A DNA stretch of 64,000 nucleotides from an uncultured Gemmatimonadales bacterium (GTDB taxonomy: Bacteria > Gemmatimonadota > Gemmatimonadetes > Gemmatimonadales > GWC2-71-9). Positions 10,437 through 18,898 of the stretch are shown piece by piece. Location: positions 71,404 to 135,403 of the forward strand of contig CAWKMI010000002.1 in the NCBI GenBank assembly GCA_963850655.1, written 5' to 3'. Within the stretch, counting starts at the first letter, position 1. Each line of letters opens with the position of its first letter. A model generated the notes under the pieces. It saw only the letters and a list, made by a program, of their open reading frames with translations, was not told where the DNA came from and did no database searches. The position numbers and the translations under genes were made by a program.

Positions 10437-11285
10437 CTAGAACCTCAGCTTCCTCAGATACTGGTAGCTCGCCTTGATGCTTGCCATTGGGTTGGCAGGG
10501 TTGTCGTGTTCGACGTAGTAGTGCTTGATCCCTGCTTCCTTGTGCTTGGCGAAGAGTTCGGCCCACGGGATCGTCCCTTTCCCCACATCCCGCATTTCGT
10601 ATTCGGGTGGCGGGCCGGCGTCCTTCACGTGGACCATCGGGAACCGGCCCGGCCACTTGGCGAAATACGCCAGCGGATCGCCGCCTCCCTTGGTAATCCA
10701 GTAGATGTCCATCTCGACCTGGAGCGTCTCCGGGGAGGTCTCTTCCAGCAGTACATCGAAGACCCGCCGCCCTTCCACCTCGCGAAATTCGGTTTCGTGG
10801 TTGTGGTAGCCCAGCTTGATCCGGTACACCTTGGCGTCCTCCGCCGCCTTGCGAATGATGTCGGCGGTGCGCTTGATGGCGTCGATGGAGTTGCGGTCGG
10901 CATCGTCCAGCGACGCGATCACCAGCCACTTCTGGCCGATTTCGGCGGCATCGTTGAGGGTTCGGTTCCACGAACCACGGATTTCCGGCATCCCCAGGTG
11001 GGCGGAGGGTGAGGTCATCCCGTTGCGGTCGAGTAGCTGGCGGATCGCGCGCGGAGGCCGGTTGAAGTAGCCACCCGCACCACCATAGAACTCAACCTCC
11101 TTGAATCCGATTTCCGCCACCTCGGCGAGGGTCTTCTCGACGCTCACCTTCAGCAGGTCGCGGACGGTGTACAGCTGTACGCCGATGCGTTCGATCTTGT
11201 CCAGCGCAGGGAGGTCATTGCCGAGCGGAAGCAGGGACACGGCCCCGGCGGCACCGAGGGTACCAACGAATGTCCGACGGTCCAT
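10437..11285 (-). CDS. sugar phosphate isomerase/epimerase (xylose isomerase-like TIM barrel) with TAT signal
   Basis: Starts MDRRTFVGTLGAAGAVSLLPLG (twin-arginine signal). The TIM-barrel body contains GYHNHETEF and HVKD motifs typical of the AP-endonuclease-2/xylose-isomerase-like family. Confidence 0.8.
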   Translation of the reverse strand: MDRRTFVGTLGAAGAVSLLPLGNDLPALDKIERIGVQLYTVRDLLKVSVEKTLAEVAEIGFKEVEFYGGAGGYFNRPPRAIRQLLDRNGMTSPSAHLGMPEIRGSWNRTLNDAAEIGQKWLVIASLDDADRNSIDAIKRTADIIRKAAEDAKVYRIKLGYHNHETEFREVEGRRVFDVLLEETSPETLQVEMDIYWITKGGGDPLAYFAKWPGRFPMVHVKDAGPPPEYEMRDVGKGTIPWAELFAKHKEAGIKHYYVEHDNPANPMASIKASYQYLRKLRF

Positions 11286-11413
11286 GAGCAACTCCTTGGG
11301 CACTGGAGAGGCGGGTGTTGGCCGCGACCAGGACGGTCCGGTCAGGCTGTTTCTGGTATCCGTAGAATCTGCCGCCGTCCGCACGCGAGGGCAACGCGAG
11401 CCGACAATCTCCC

Positions 11414-11749
11414 CTAGTGCGGAGTGCGCAACCGCGGATCGGGAATCTGCTCGATCCGGTCCGTGAGCACGCGAGACAGGAACTCCTGCGATTCAGCCAG
11501 ACGATCGATCTGCTGGTTCATGGCATCGATCTGGGCCTCGAGCTGCTCGACCTGCGAGCGCCCGACCTGGGGCAGCGGGACCTCGTCGGTCAGCGCCGTG
11601 ATTGGCAGTCCCTGTGCCGCAGCAATGCCCCAGAGCCGGTTCTGGATCTTCTCCCGATCACGCCGTGCCCGGGACCATGCAAAGAGCAACCCAACTGTCG
11701 TCACGACGAAGAGACAGGTCGTAAAGAAGAAGAAGGCGGTCTCGTTCAT
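11414..11749 (-). CDS. hypothetical membrane-anchored coiled-coil protein
   Basis: 111 aa from MNETAFFFFTTCLFVVTTVGLLFAW (one TM helix), followed by a heptad-like segment (QVEQLEAQIDAMNQQIDRLAESQEF). No family recognised. Confidence 0.4.
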   Translation of the reverse strand: MNETAFFFFTTCLFVVTTVGLLFAWSRARRDREKIQNRLWGIAAAQGLPITALTDEVPLPQVGRSQVEQLEAQIDAMNQQIDRLAESQEFLSRVLTDRIEQIPDPRLRTPH

Positions 11750-11780
11750 GGAGCACCTCGGGAGGGTGGCAGGTCGCCTC

Positions 11781-13160
11781 TCAACGCACCTTGCGGGCGG
11801 TCTGGTCAATCCCGTTCTGGCGGAGTACCAGCCCGGTGACCCTGCCTGTTGCGTCCACCTGAAAGATCAACTCGGCCTTGACGGCCTTGTAGAAGAAGTG
11901 CGTCGCTGATTCCGGGTACACCGGCAACCGTTGCTGACCAGTGGCTTGAGCATACAACTGATTGGCGTCGCGGGTGATGTCGAAAGCAAATTCTGGCGAA
12001 AGTTGATACCGACCGACCAGTGGCGCGAGCACGTCCGCGGACAGCGTCACTTCCACTCTGGCATCAATCGAGGGTGGTGGAACCAGAGGCCCACCACGCA
12101 GCAGGCCGATGCCGAGCGCATCGACCGGAAACTCCCCGCCGACGTTGGCAAGTACGACCACCGCCTGGCCCTTGGCAATGTCTGCCCCAAGCCATGAGCG
12201 GAACCCGCCGGTGCCGCCGTTGTGCCAGACGATGTCTGCACCGTTCAGGTGCAGATGGTGCCAGGCCAGGCCAATCGAATCGGCGCCACGGTACGCGCGG
12301 CGCGGCCGGATTGCCAGCGCCATCGCCTTGGCGAGTGGCCCGGAGGTGGTATCTCGCAGCGCCGCGGCGAACTTGAGCAGGTCGGGAACCGTGGAGTGAA
12401 GGCCCCCCGCTGCGGCAAAGATGCCGAGGTGCCATGGCTTGGCTGGCACCAGACGATCGGTGTGTCCGTGCGCGGCCTCGGCCGCCTGATCAGCGGCCAG
12501 GGTAAGGTGAGTGTCATCCATGCCAAGTGGATCGAGAATGCGCTGGCGCAGCAATGCCTCGTAAGAGATTCCCGCCCGCTTGGCTAGCACCAAGCCGAGC
12601 AGGGCCATTCCGAGATTGGAGTATTCGTATTGGGATCCTGGAGCGCGGCGCAGTACGTGGGTCTTCAGGAAATCGACCAACTGTGTTTCGGTGTAGTCGA
12701 CGTAGGGGTCTTCGCTGTCGGCGGGACGAAGGTTGTCGGGCAGCCGCGGCAATCCCGAGGTGTGTGTCGCCAGGTCAAGCAGGGTGATCTGACGACCCTG
12801 AAAGCTCGGTATCGTCCACGCGGGGACGAACTTGGCCACTGGATCATCGAGGGCCACCTCTCCGCGGATGACCATGTCAGCGAGGAGTGTCCCGGTAAAC
12901 GCCTTGGTGATCGATCCTGCCTCGAAGTCGCTGGTGACCTCGATCCCGGCGGCGTCTCCGACCTGGCGTACTCCGGCCGCAATTGTGCCCGTCGTGGCCC
13001 CCTCAAGCCGGCCGACGGCGATACCGACGAGACGGTGTTCCGCGCGCCACCGCGAAAACACCGCCCGCAGTTCACCGTCGGACATCTGTTGCTGAGCCGG
13101 GAGCGGGGCAATCGCTGCAGCAAGGACGAGCACCCCTGCCAACTCTCTCCAGTAGATCAC
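11781..13160 (-). CDS. serine hydrolase, beta-lactamase/transpeptidase-like family, secreted
   Basis: 459 aa with a signal peptide. SxxK active-site motif (GSITKAFTG) and a beta-lactamase class C-like body. Confidence 0.8.
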   Translation of the reverse strand: MIYWRELAGVLVLAAAIAPLPAQQQMSDGELRAVFSRWRAEHRLVGIAVGRLEGATTGTIAAGVRQVGDAAGIEVTSDFEAGSITKAFTGTLLADMVIRGEVALDDPVAKFVPAWTIPSFQGRQITLLDLATHTSGLPRLPDNLRPADSEDPYVDYTETQLVDFLKTHVLRRAPGSQYEYSNLGMALLGLVLAKRAGISYEALLRQRILDPLGMDDTHLTLAADQAAEAAHGHTDRLVPAKPWHLGIFAAAGGLHSTVPDLLKFAAALRDTTSGPLAKAMALAIRPRRAYRGADSIGLAWHHLHLNGADIVWHNGGTGGFRSWLGADIAKGQAVVVLANVGGEFPVDALGIGLLRGGPLVPPPSIDARVEVTLSADVLAPLVGRYQLSPEFAFDITRDANQLYAQATGQQRLPVYPESATHFFYKAVKAELIFQVDATGRVTGLVLRQNGIDQTARKVR

Positions 13161-13161
13161 C

Positions 13162-13398
13162 TCAGCTCTTCTTGAATGCCCGGTAGATCCACAGGATCAC
13201 CAGCGCGCCGATCACCGAACCGATCAGCCCGACGTTCGGGTTCATCCCCAGCATGCCGAACAGAAAGCCGCCAACCCATGACCCCCCGATGCCGAGCAGG
13301 GTGGTCATGACGAATCCGCCGGCGTCCTTCCCCGGCATGAGGACCTTGGCAATCAGGCCGGCAAAGAACCCGATGATGACGACATAGAGCAGATGCAC
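13162..13398 (-). CDS. GlsB/YeaQ/YmgE family stress-response membrane protein
   Basis: 78 aa. MHLLYVVIIGFFAGLIAKVLMPGKD... is typical of the transglycosylase-associated (YeaQ) family. Confidence 0.85.
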   Translation of the reverse strand: MHLLYVVIIGFFAGLIAKVLMPGKDAGGFVMTTLLGIGGSWVGGFLFGMLGMNPNVGLIGSVIGALVILWIYRAFKKS

Positions 13399-13507
13399 AG
13401 AACCTCCTGGGTCAGGTCCGACGCCACGCTTGACGTCGCCGAGGAGTCCGGTTCGGACCCTCTGGACAGTCCTACGGTGGCAACCGAACCCGTGTTTCTC
13501 TTGGGGC

Positions 13508-14788
13508 TCAGGGTTGGCTCGAATCCGGCACGGCCGGAACGATGCTGGTTCGGGTCAGGCCGTAGACTTCGACCCGGACCTTGCTGGTAGCCGGGTCCCT
13601 GCGGCTGACCACGACCCGATCACCGGAAATCGAGAGCACCGACCCCAGGGGGGTATCAGCCCGCCCGATGAGCTGGCCATCCGGATTGAGCACGATCCAG
13701 GAACGCGCCCTGTCAACCAACGAGAAGCCCCGGTTGACCCAGAGATTCCCGTCGAGATCGGTCATCATCTGGGCAATGGCCGGAAGGTGGTCAGCGAACG
13801 CCGTTTCGTCGAGTCTCTTGAGCTCGGCCGCCAACGCTTCCGGCGCGATGCGCCCCTTGAGGCGGTCGTACGCAGCGCGCACGGTCGCCTTGTACATCTC
13901 CTGGTCGGAGGAGATGACCGGACGCTCCGGGAGGTTGAGCCTCACCACGCGAAGAAGCTTGCCGATCCGGTCGTGGGTTTCCACCTCGAGCCGGTCAGCG
14001 GTGCTGAGGTACCATTGATTTCCGCCGGCGACCACCTGGGTGTTCGCTCCGAAGATCAGAGGCTTTGTCAGCGGGAGAGATGTTCCGTTGACCATCACGG
14101 TTGCAGGAAAAAGCTCGACGCCTTTGGTGGTGACGAGGGTGTCATAGTGATCGGTCTGGGGATTCAACCCCACGACCAGGAGCCGGTTGCGAAAGACCCT
14201 GGGCAGACCCCCGGGTGCAGGGTCGGTCACCATGTCGAGCGAAAAGAGGAAGGTGCCGTCGTGCAGTCGGCCCCGAAGTGCGGCCTGAACGGGCGAACCC
14301 ACCTGGGGCAGAATCCGTTCCCCAAGCGGCATCCCGTTCGCGGCAAAATAGAGCCCCTTCATTTGCGCCGCGTCGAAGGCAAGCACGGTGTCGGTGCCGA
14401 GCGGGAACACCTGGGAGACCGGGCCATATTCGCCGGGGCCATCTCCTGGTGCGCCCAGCCGCGCTTCTCGTGCGCCAGCCGGATTGAAGAGCAGGAGCTC
14501 CGGCGGGTTGGCGGTGAACACGACCGAACGACCATCGCGCAGCAAGGTCGCCGCTACGGTGGTGGCGAGATCCATGGTGGCGTCGACCGAGTCGCCGCCG
14601 AGCGTCAGGATCGGACGGTCGGAGAGTCGCCATTCCGGCGTCGAGTCCCAGGCGCTGGCCGGATAGGAAAGAATCGCCACGCCGGCGGAATCGCGCACCA
14701 TGAACTGGTCACCGGCGTCGCGGCTGCCGCAGGCGGCGAGCAGGACGACGAGGCAGAGTGCCGTGCTGCGGACAACAGGGCGCGACAT
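13508..14788 (-). CDS. hypothetical lipoprotein, TolB-like/6-bladed beta-propeller-like (paralog family A)
   Basis: Lipobox (VVLLAACGS). GDGPGEYG and repeated beta-strand-rich segments. Homologous to 14793-15929 and 57775-59050. Confidence 0.6.
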   Translation of the reverse strand: MSRPVVRSTALCLVVLLAACGSRDAGDQFMVRDSAGVAILSYPASAWDSTPEWRLSDRPILTLGGDSVDATMDLATTVAATLLRDGRSVVFTANPPELLLFNPAGAREARLGAPGDGPGEYGPVSQVFPLGTDTVLAFDAAQMKGLYFAANGMPLGERILPQVGSPVQAALRGRLHDGTFLFSLDMVTDPAPGGLPRVFRNRLLVVGLNPQTDHYDTLVTTKGVELFPATVMVNGTSLPLTKPLIFGANTQVVAGGNQWYLSTADRLEVETHDRIGKLLRVVRLNLPERPVISSDQEMYKATVRAAYDRLKGRIAPEALAAELKRLDETAFADHLPAIAQMMTDLDGNLWVNRGFSLVDRARSWIVLNPDGQLIGRADTPLGSVLSISGDRVVVSRRDPATSKVRVEVYGLTRTSIVPAVPDSSQP

Positions 14789-14792
14789 GCGA

Positions 14793-15929
14793 TCAACGCT
14801 CCGGAATCAGTGTGGACGGCGAGGGTGACGATCGCGAAACCGACTCGGACCCCAACGATGGAACCACGACGACCCGCATCAGTTGGGCGCGCTTCCAGCC
14901 TTCGGGCGTATCGAGTACGCGCATCACCACCCCGGGTTCGACCATGAACGGATACGACACATCAAACCGCGCCTGGGCAATCAACGACCCGGTCGCCGCA
15001 TCCCGCAGTTCGATCACCGTGTCGTAGACCTTGTCGGGATCGAGAATCGGTGCGGTGGCACCACCGATGCCGGCGCGCACGGGACCGAGCCCCGCGGCCC
15101 ACTTCTGGTCAGCCGTGCGGCCGAGCACCCAGAGCCGGCCGATGCTGTCCACCCAGAACGCCTGAACGGTCGGTTGCGGAGCCTGGGTGTGGGTAAGTGC
15201 CAGCACCTGCTGATAGCGCGGAAACCAGGAAGGGTTGAGCTCAATGGCGTGGATGAGGGCCCCGGCGCTGTCCCAGTGCTCCAGTCGCCAGCGGAACTGC
15301 ATCGGCATGGTCCAGTAGCTGCCATCGTTTCCGCGGGCGAGCCATCGGGGGCTTTTCACTGTCAGGGAGACGCTGTCAGAGCCACCCAATTCCCGGAGGA
15401 GGTTCCCCTGCGGATCAAGGAGCAGGAACGGCAGTGGTTGCTCGTTCATCGGTGAGGTCAGGACAATGCGCTGATCGGCAAGCACCACGGCGTCCCAGAT
15501 GCCCATCGGCAGCGGAATCGTCCGGCCATAGGAGCGATCACCGCCGAACACGACCACGCGCGGATTTTCCGCGAAGAGATAGATGGAATCGCCAGGACCC
15601 ACCCGCGCGAAGATCGCGCCGCGGAACTCGCCCGGCTCGTCGCCCTCAGTGCCAAGCGTGCCGAGGAACCGGCCATCGTCGCCGAAGAGCGCCGGCAGCG
15701 CGCTGACGCCGCCCGGCTGGGGCACCAGAATTCGGATCCCGCTCGCCAGCCGGGGGCTGACACGGGGCCACGACGTCATCACCCCTTCGCCCTGGGTCGC
15801 CCCGACCGTGAGCAACGGCTCGAGCTGGATCGGGGCCAGGCGACGGTCTCCCTCGCCACAACCCAGCCCCGAGCTCACGCCAACCGCGAGCATGCACGCC
15901 AACGTCCACTGCCGCGATCGAGCGGTCAC
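14793..15929 (-). CDS. hypothetical lipoprotein, beta-propeller-like (paralog family A)
   Basis: Lipobox (SSGLGCGEG) and a GDEPGEF motif. In tandem with 13508-14788, 4-nt spacer. Confidence 0.6.
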   Translation of the reverse strand: MTARSRQWTLACMLAVGVSSGLGCGEGDRRLAPIQLEPLLTVGATQGEGVMTSWPRVSPRLASGIRILVPQPGGVSALPALFGDDGRFLGTLGTEGDEPGEFRGAIFARVGPGDSIYLFAENPRVVVFGGDRSYGRTIPLPMGIWDAVVLADQRIVLTSPMNEQPLPFLLLDPQGNLLRELGGSDSVSLTVKSPRWLARGNDGSYWTMPMQFRWRLEHWDSAGALIHAIELNPSWFPRYQQVLALTHTQAPQPTVQAFWVDSIGRLWVLGRTADQKWAAGLGPVRAGIGGATAPILDPDKVYDTVIELRDAATGSLIAQARFDVSYPFMVEPGVVMRVLDTPEGWKRAQLMRVVVVPSLGSESVSRSSPSPSTLIPER

Positions 15930-16032
15930 CGATTCACCCCGAACTTGTCAATTCCTGAAAGGGTGCACTGGATGCTTGGTGCGCCCGTCTTCCAGTCGAC
16001 GAATGGAATCGAGCCGCGAGCATCAACGGTCC

Positions 16033-16800
16033 TTACGTGCCAGTTGGATGATCATGAAAGACGCATCCCAGGCCGAACTGCTCCGCGAGATGCTCGCCCA
16101 GCGCCTTGACGCCCACGGTTTCGGTGGCGTAGTGTCCGGCCAGGATCAGGTTCACCCCGGACTCGAGCGCGTCGAACGCCGTGTGATGGGCGCCCTCCCC
16201 GGTGATGAAGGTGTCGAGACCTGCCGCCGACGCGGCCGACACGCGGCTGCCGGCAGCTCCGGTGATAATGCCAACGCGCGTAGTGGTCTCAGGACCACCG
16301 GCAATGAGGTGGACCCGGGTCTTGAGCAACTCGGCGAGTCGGTCCACCAGCAGGTCGCGCGACATGATCAGTGGTCCGGCGGCCCCAAAAGGAATTCCGT
16401 TGCAGGTGTCGAACGGGATCGGATCGAGGATGCCAAGCATCCTGGCGAGCACGGCGTTGTTCCCCACCTCGGGGTGCGCGTCGAGCGGAAGGTGCGAAGC
16501 GTAGACGGCGGTGTCGTGGTCCAGCAACGGCTTGATGCGCCGATAGCGCCGACCGGTCACTGGGAGGTTGCCATCCCAGAACAACCCGTGGTGCACCAGC
16601 AGCAGTGTCCCCGGACGGCATTCCCTCACCACGCGGTCGATCGTGAGCTGTGAAGCGTCCACCGCGGTCACGAATCCGGTCACCTCGCCACTGTTGCCCA
16701 CCTGCAGACCGTTGAGGGCACCCTCGTAATCGGGGATTGTCGCCGTCTTGAGAAAGGCGTCGAGATACTCGACGATGGCATGCAGCGCGATGGATCTCAT
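16033..16800 (-). CDS. Nif3-like dinuclear metal centre protein (GTP cyclohydrolase I type 2 homolog)
   Basis: 255 aa. NGLQVGNSGEVTGFVTAVDAS...HHGLFW...ASHLPLDAHPEVGNN...GEGAHHT...GHYATET is typical of the NIF3 family. Confidence 0.85.
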   Translation of the reverse strand: MRSIALHAIVEYLDAFLKTATIPDYEGALNGLQVGNSGEVTGFVTAVDASQLTIDRVVRECRPGTLLLVHHGLFWDGNLPVTGRRYRRIKPLLDHDTAVYASHLPLDAHPEVGNNAVLARMLGILDPIPFDTCNGIPFGAAGPLIMSRDLLVDRLAELLKTRVHLIAGGPETTTRVGIITGAAGSRVSAASAAGLDTFITGEGAHHTAFDALESGVNLILAGHYATETVGVKALGEHLAEQFGLGCVFHDHPTGT

Positions 16801-16807
16801 CCGGGTC

Positions 16808-17695
16808 TCATCCTTCGAACGGTACGCCGAGAATGATCTCGAGCAACCGGGCCAGATCGTCGTTGGAGTAGTACGAGATCGTCAGCAAGCCTCGGCCACG
16901 TCGCTTCGCCGTCAGCCGCACGTCGGTGCCGAGCCGTTGGCGCAGCGCCTCCTCGACACGACGCGCGTCGGCACTGGCGGGCCGCGGCGCCGCAGGCTTC
17001 TTCATCATCTTGCCGCGCGGCTTTTCGAGGGTTTCCCCACGAACCATCGCCTCGACTTCACGCACCGAGTGTCCCTGAGCCACGATCGCCAGCGCCATCG
17101 CCGAGATCTCGGAGTCCCGCTCGAGGGTGAGCAGTGCCCTGGCATGACCCTCGGAGAGTTTCTTTGCCTGAAGCAGTTCCTGCACATCGGCTGGCAACTT
17201 CAACAAACGCAGCGTGTTAGCGACTGTTGAGCGGTCCTTTCCGACCAGCCGGGCGACTTCGGTCGCGCTGACATTGAACTCCCCGACCAGACGCTGGTAG
17301 CCGTGTGCCGCGTCGATCGCCGAGAGGTCATCGCGCTGGAGGTTCTCGATCAGGGCGAGGGTCAGGACCGTCCGGTCGTCGTAGTCCCGGATGACCGCAG
17401 AGATCTTCGCCCAACCCAGTCGCTGGACCGCGCGCCAGCGGCGTTCGCCGGCGATGAGCTCGAATCGCGACCCGACGGCACGCACGATAACCGGCTGCAG
17501 CAAGCCGGAGGCGGCAATCGACGCGGCCAGTTCGGCGAGGCCCTCATCGTCGAAGCTGCGGCGGGGCTGGAATGGGTTGGGCGAAATCAGGGTCACCGGC
17601 AGTTCACGCAGCGAGCCGCTTGCCTCCGCCTGTTCGCGGGAGACGGGGCCCAACAGGGCCTCGAGCCCGCGACCAAGTCGCCGAGTCTCGGTCAT
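16808..17695 (-). CDS. parB: chromosome partitioning protein ParB (Spo0J)
   Basis: RGLEALLG, NPFQPRR and GERRWRA motifs plus an HTH region. Start overlaps the parA stop. Confidence 0.92.
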   Translation of the reverse strand: MTETRRLGRGLEALLGPVSREQAEASGSLRELPVTLISPNPFQPRRSFDDEGLAELAASIAASGLLQPVIVRAVGSRFELIAGERRWRAVQRLGWAKISAVIRDYDDRTVLTLALIENLQRDDLSAIDAAHGYQRLVGEFNVSATEVARLVGKDRSTVANTLRLLKLPADVQELLQAKKLSEGHARALLTLERDSEISAMALAIVAQGHSVREVEAMVRGETLEKPRGKMMKKPAAPRPASADARRVEEALRQRLGTDVRLTAKRRGRGLLTISYYSNDDLARLLEIILGVPFEG

Positions 17696-18498
17696 TTGAC
17701 GTCCTCCCCACCCGGGCGTCGAGCAGCGAGACTCTCAGTCCGCTTGATCAGTTCCTGGGCAACGGCGAGATAGCTCTTGGCGCCAACCGACTGGACGTCA
17801 TACAGCAGGATCGGCTTGCCGAACGAAGGGGCTTCGGCGAGCCGGACGTTTCGCGGGATGACCGTCCGGAAGACCGTTGCGCCGAAGTACTCGCGTGCCT
17901 CACTGACAACCTGCTTGGAGAGGTTGAGGCGGGCATCGTACATGGTCAGCAAGACCCCATCGATCGTGAAGTCCGGGTTGAAGTTCTGCTGAACAAGGCG
18001 TATCGTATTGATTAACTGAGAGATACCTTCCAATGCATAGTACTCGCACTGGATCGGAATGATGACCGCGTCGGCAGCCGTCAGGACGTTCAAGGTGACC
18101 AGCCCAAGCGATGGCGGGCAGTCGATCAGGATATAGTCGTAGTCGTCCCGGACCTCGGCGAGCGCTCGTCGCACGATCGTCTCCCGCTCACCGATCGACA
18201 CCAACTCTATTTCTGCTCCGATGAGGTCCTGTGTCGCCGGGATCACATGCAGGAAAGGAAGCTGTGGGTCGGGACGGATCACATCGCGCATCGGAGTGGA
18301 GTTGATCACGACATCGTAGAGTGACCGGTCGACCGCCCCCTTCTCGATGCCGACCCCTGAAGTGGCGTTTCCCTGCGGATCGGCGTCGATCAACAAGGTT
18401 CGTCGCTCGGCGATGGCCAGGGAAGCAGCGAGGTTGACTGCGGTGGTGGTCTTCCCCACCCCGCCCTTCTGGTTGGCAATTGCGATCGTCCGGGCCAT
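17692..18498 (-). CDS. parA: chromosome partitioning ATPase ParA (Soj)
   Basis: Deviant Walker A IAIANQKGGVGKTTTAVNLA. 268 aa. Confidence 0.95.
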   Translation of the reverse strand: MARTIAIANQKGGVGKTTTAVNLAASLAIAERRTLLIDADPQGNATSGVGIEKGAVDRSLYDVVINSTPMRDVIRPDPQLPFLHVIPATQDLIGAEIELVSIGERETIVRRALAEVRDDYDYILIDCPPSLGLVTLNVLTAADAVIIPIQCEYYALEGISQLINTIRLVQQNFNPDFTIDGVLLTMYDARLNLSKQVVSEAREYFGATVFRTVIPRNVRLAEAPSFGKPILLYDVQSVGAKSYLAVAQELIKRTESLAARRPGGEDVK

Positions 18499-18589
18499 GG
18501 CTGGTCAGAATTGAAGGGAAAGAGGAACTCCTGACCAATGATAGATCAATGACCGGCCTCGCGATAGTTGCCGGGACGCCTGATTGACT

Positions 18590-18605
18590 GGTTTCACGTG
18601 AAACA
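18590..18605. promoter_or_regulatory. parS: parS centromere-like site
   Basis: GGTTTCACGTGAAACA matches 15 of 16 positions of the widely conserved parS consensus TGTTTCACGTGAAACA. The central 14 nt are a perfect palindrome. Lies 92 nt upstream of the parA start. Confidence 0.8.
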
Positions 18606-18844
18606 GTGGGAGACGGGAGGTTGGAGAGTGGATCACCGAGGCACAGCGATGTGGGGACGGTCGAGGAAGTGTTATGACCTCCGGACTGAAACCATAGGCT
18701 GTTTGGACTGTAATGGGTTGCCGCGTTGTACATTGTATGTAGTTGCTTTAGCTACTACTTCGATTGCCTCAGCGGACGACGCCTTTCCGATTCCTGGTTT
18801 CCTCGCCGCCATCCCTTGCGACGCCCCAGTTCTGTCCTTCACAC

Positions 18845-18880
18845 GAAGGGAGGGACGCCGGCACCGGCGCCCCTCCCTTC
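18845..18880 (-). terminator. GC-rich stem-loop downstream of the ABC-2 permease gene
   Basis: Perfect 10-bp arms GAAGGGAGGG / CCCTCCCTTC, with an inner GCCGG/CCGGC pairing. Lies 19 nt after the stop at 18899. No clear U-tract. Confidence 0.45.
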
Positions 18881-18898
18881 TCGCTGCTCCTGGTGCCT

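Noticed and set aside
13430-14947. 505-aa plus-strand ORF. Similar long ORFs include 6734-7981 (+), 9174-10313 (+), 15583-16653 (+), 35005-36390 (-), 37026-38525 (-), 43375-44235 (+), 56242-57372 (+) and 60205-61515 (-).
   Set aside because: All lie antisense to, or out of frame within, genes with clear family motifs. They have Arg/Gly/Pro/His-rich low-complexity translations typical of shadow ORFs in high-GC DNA.
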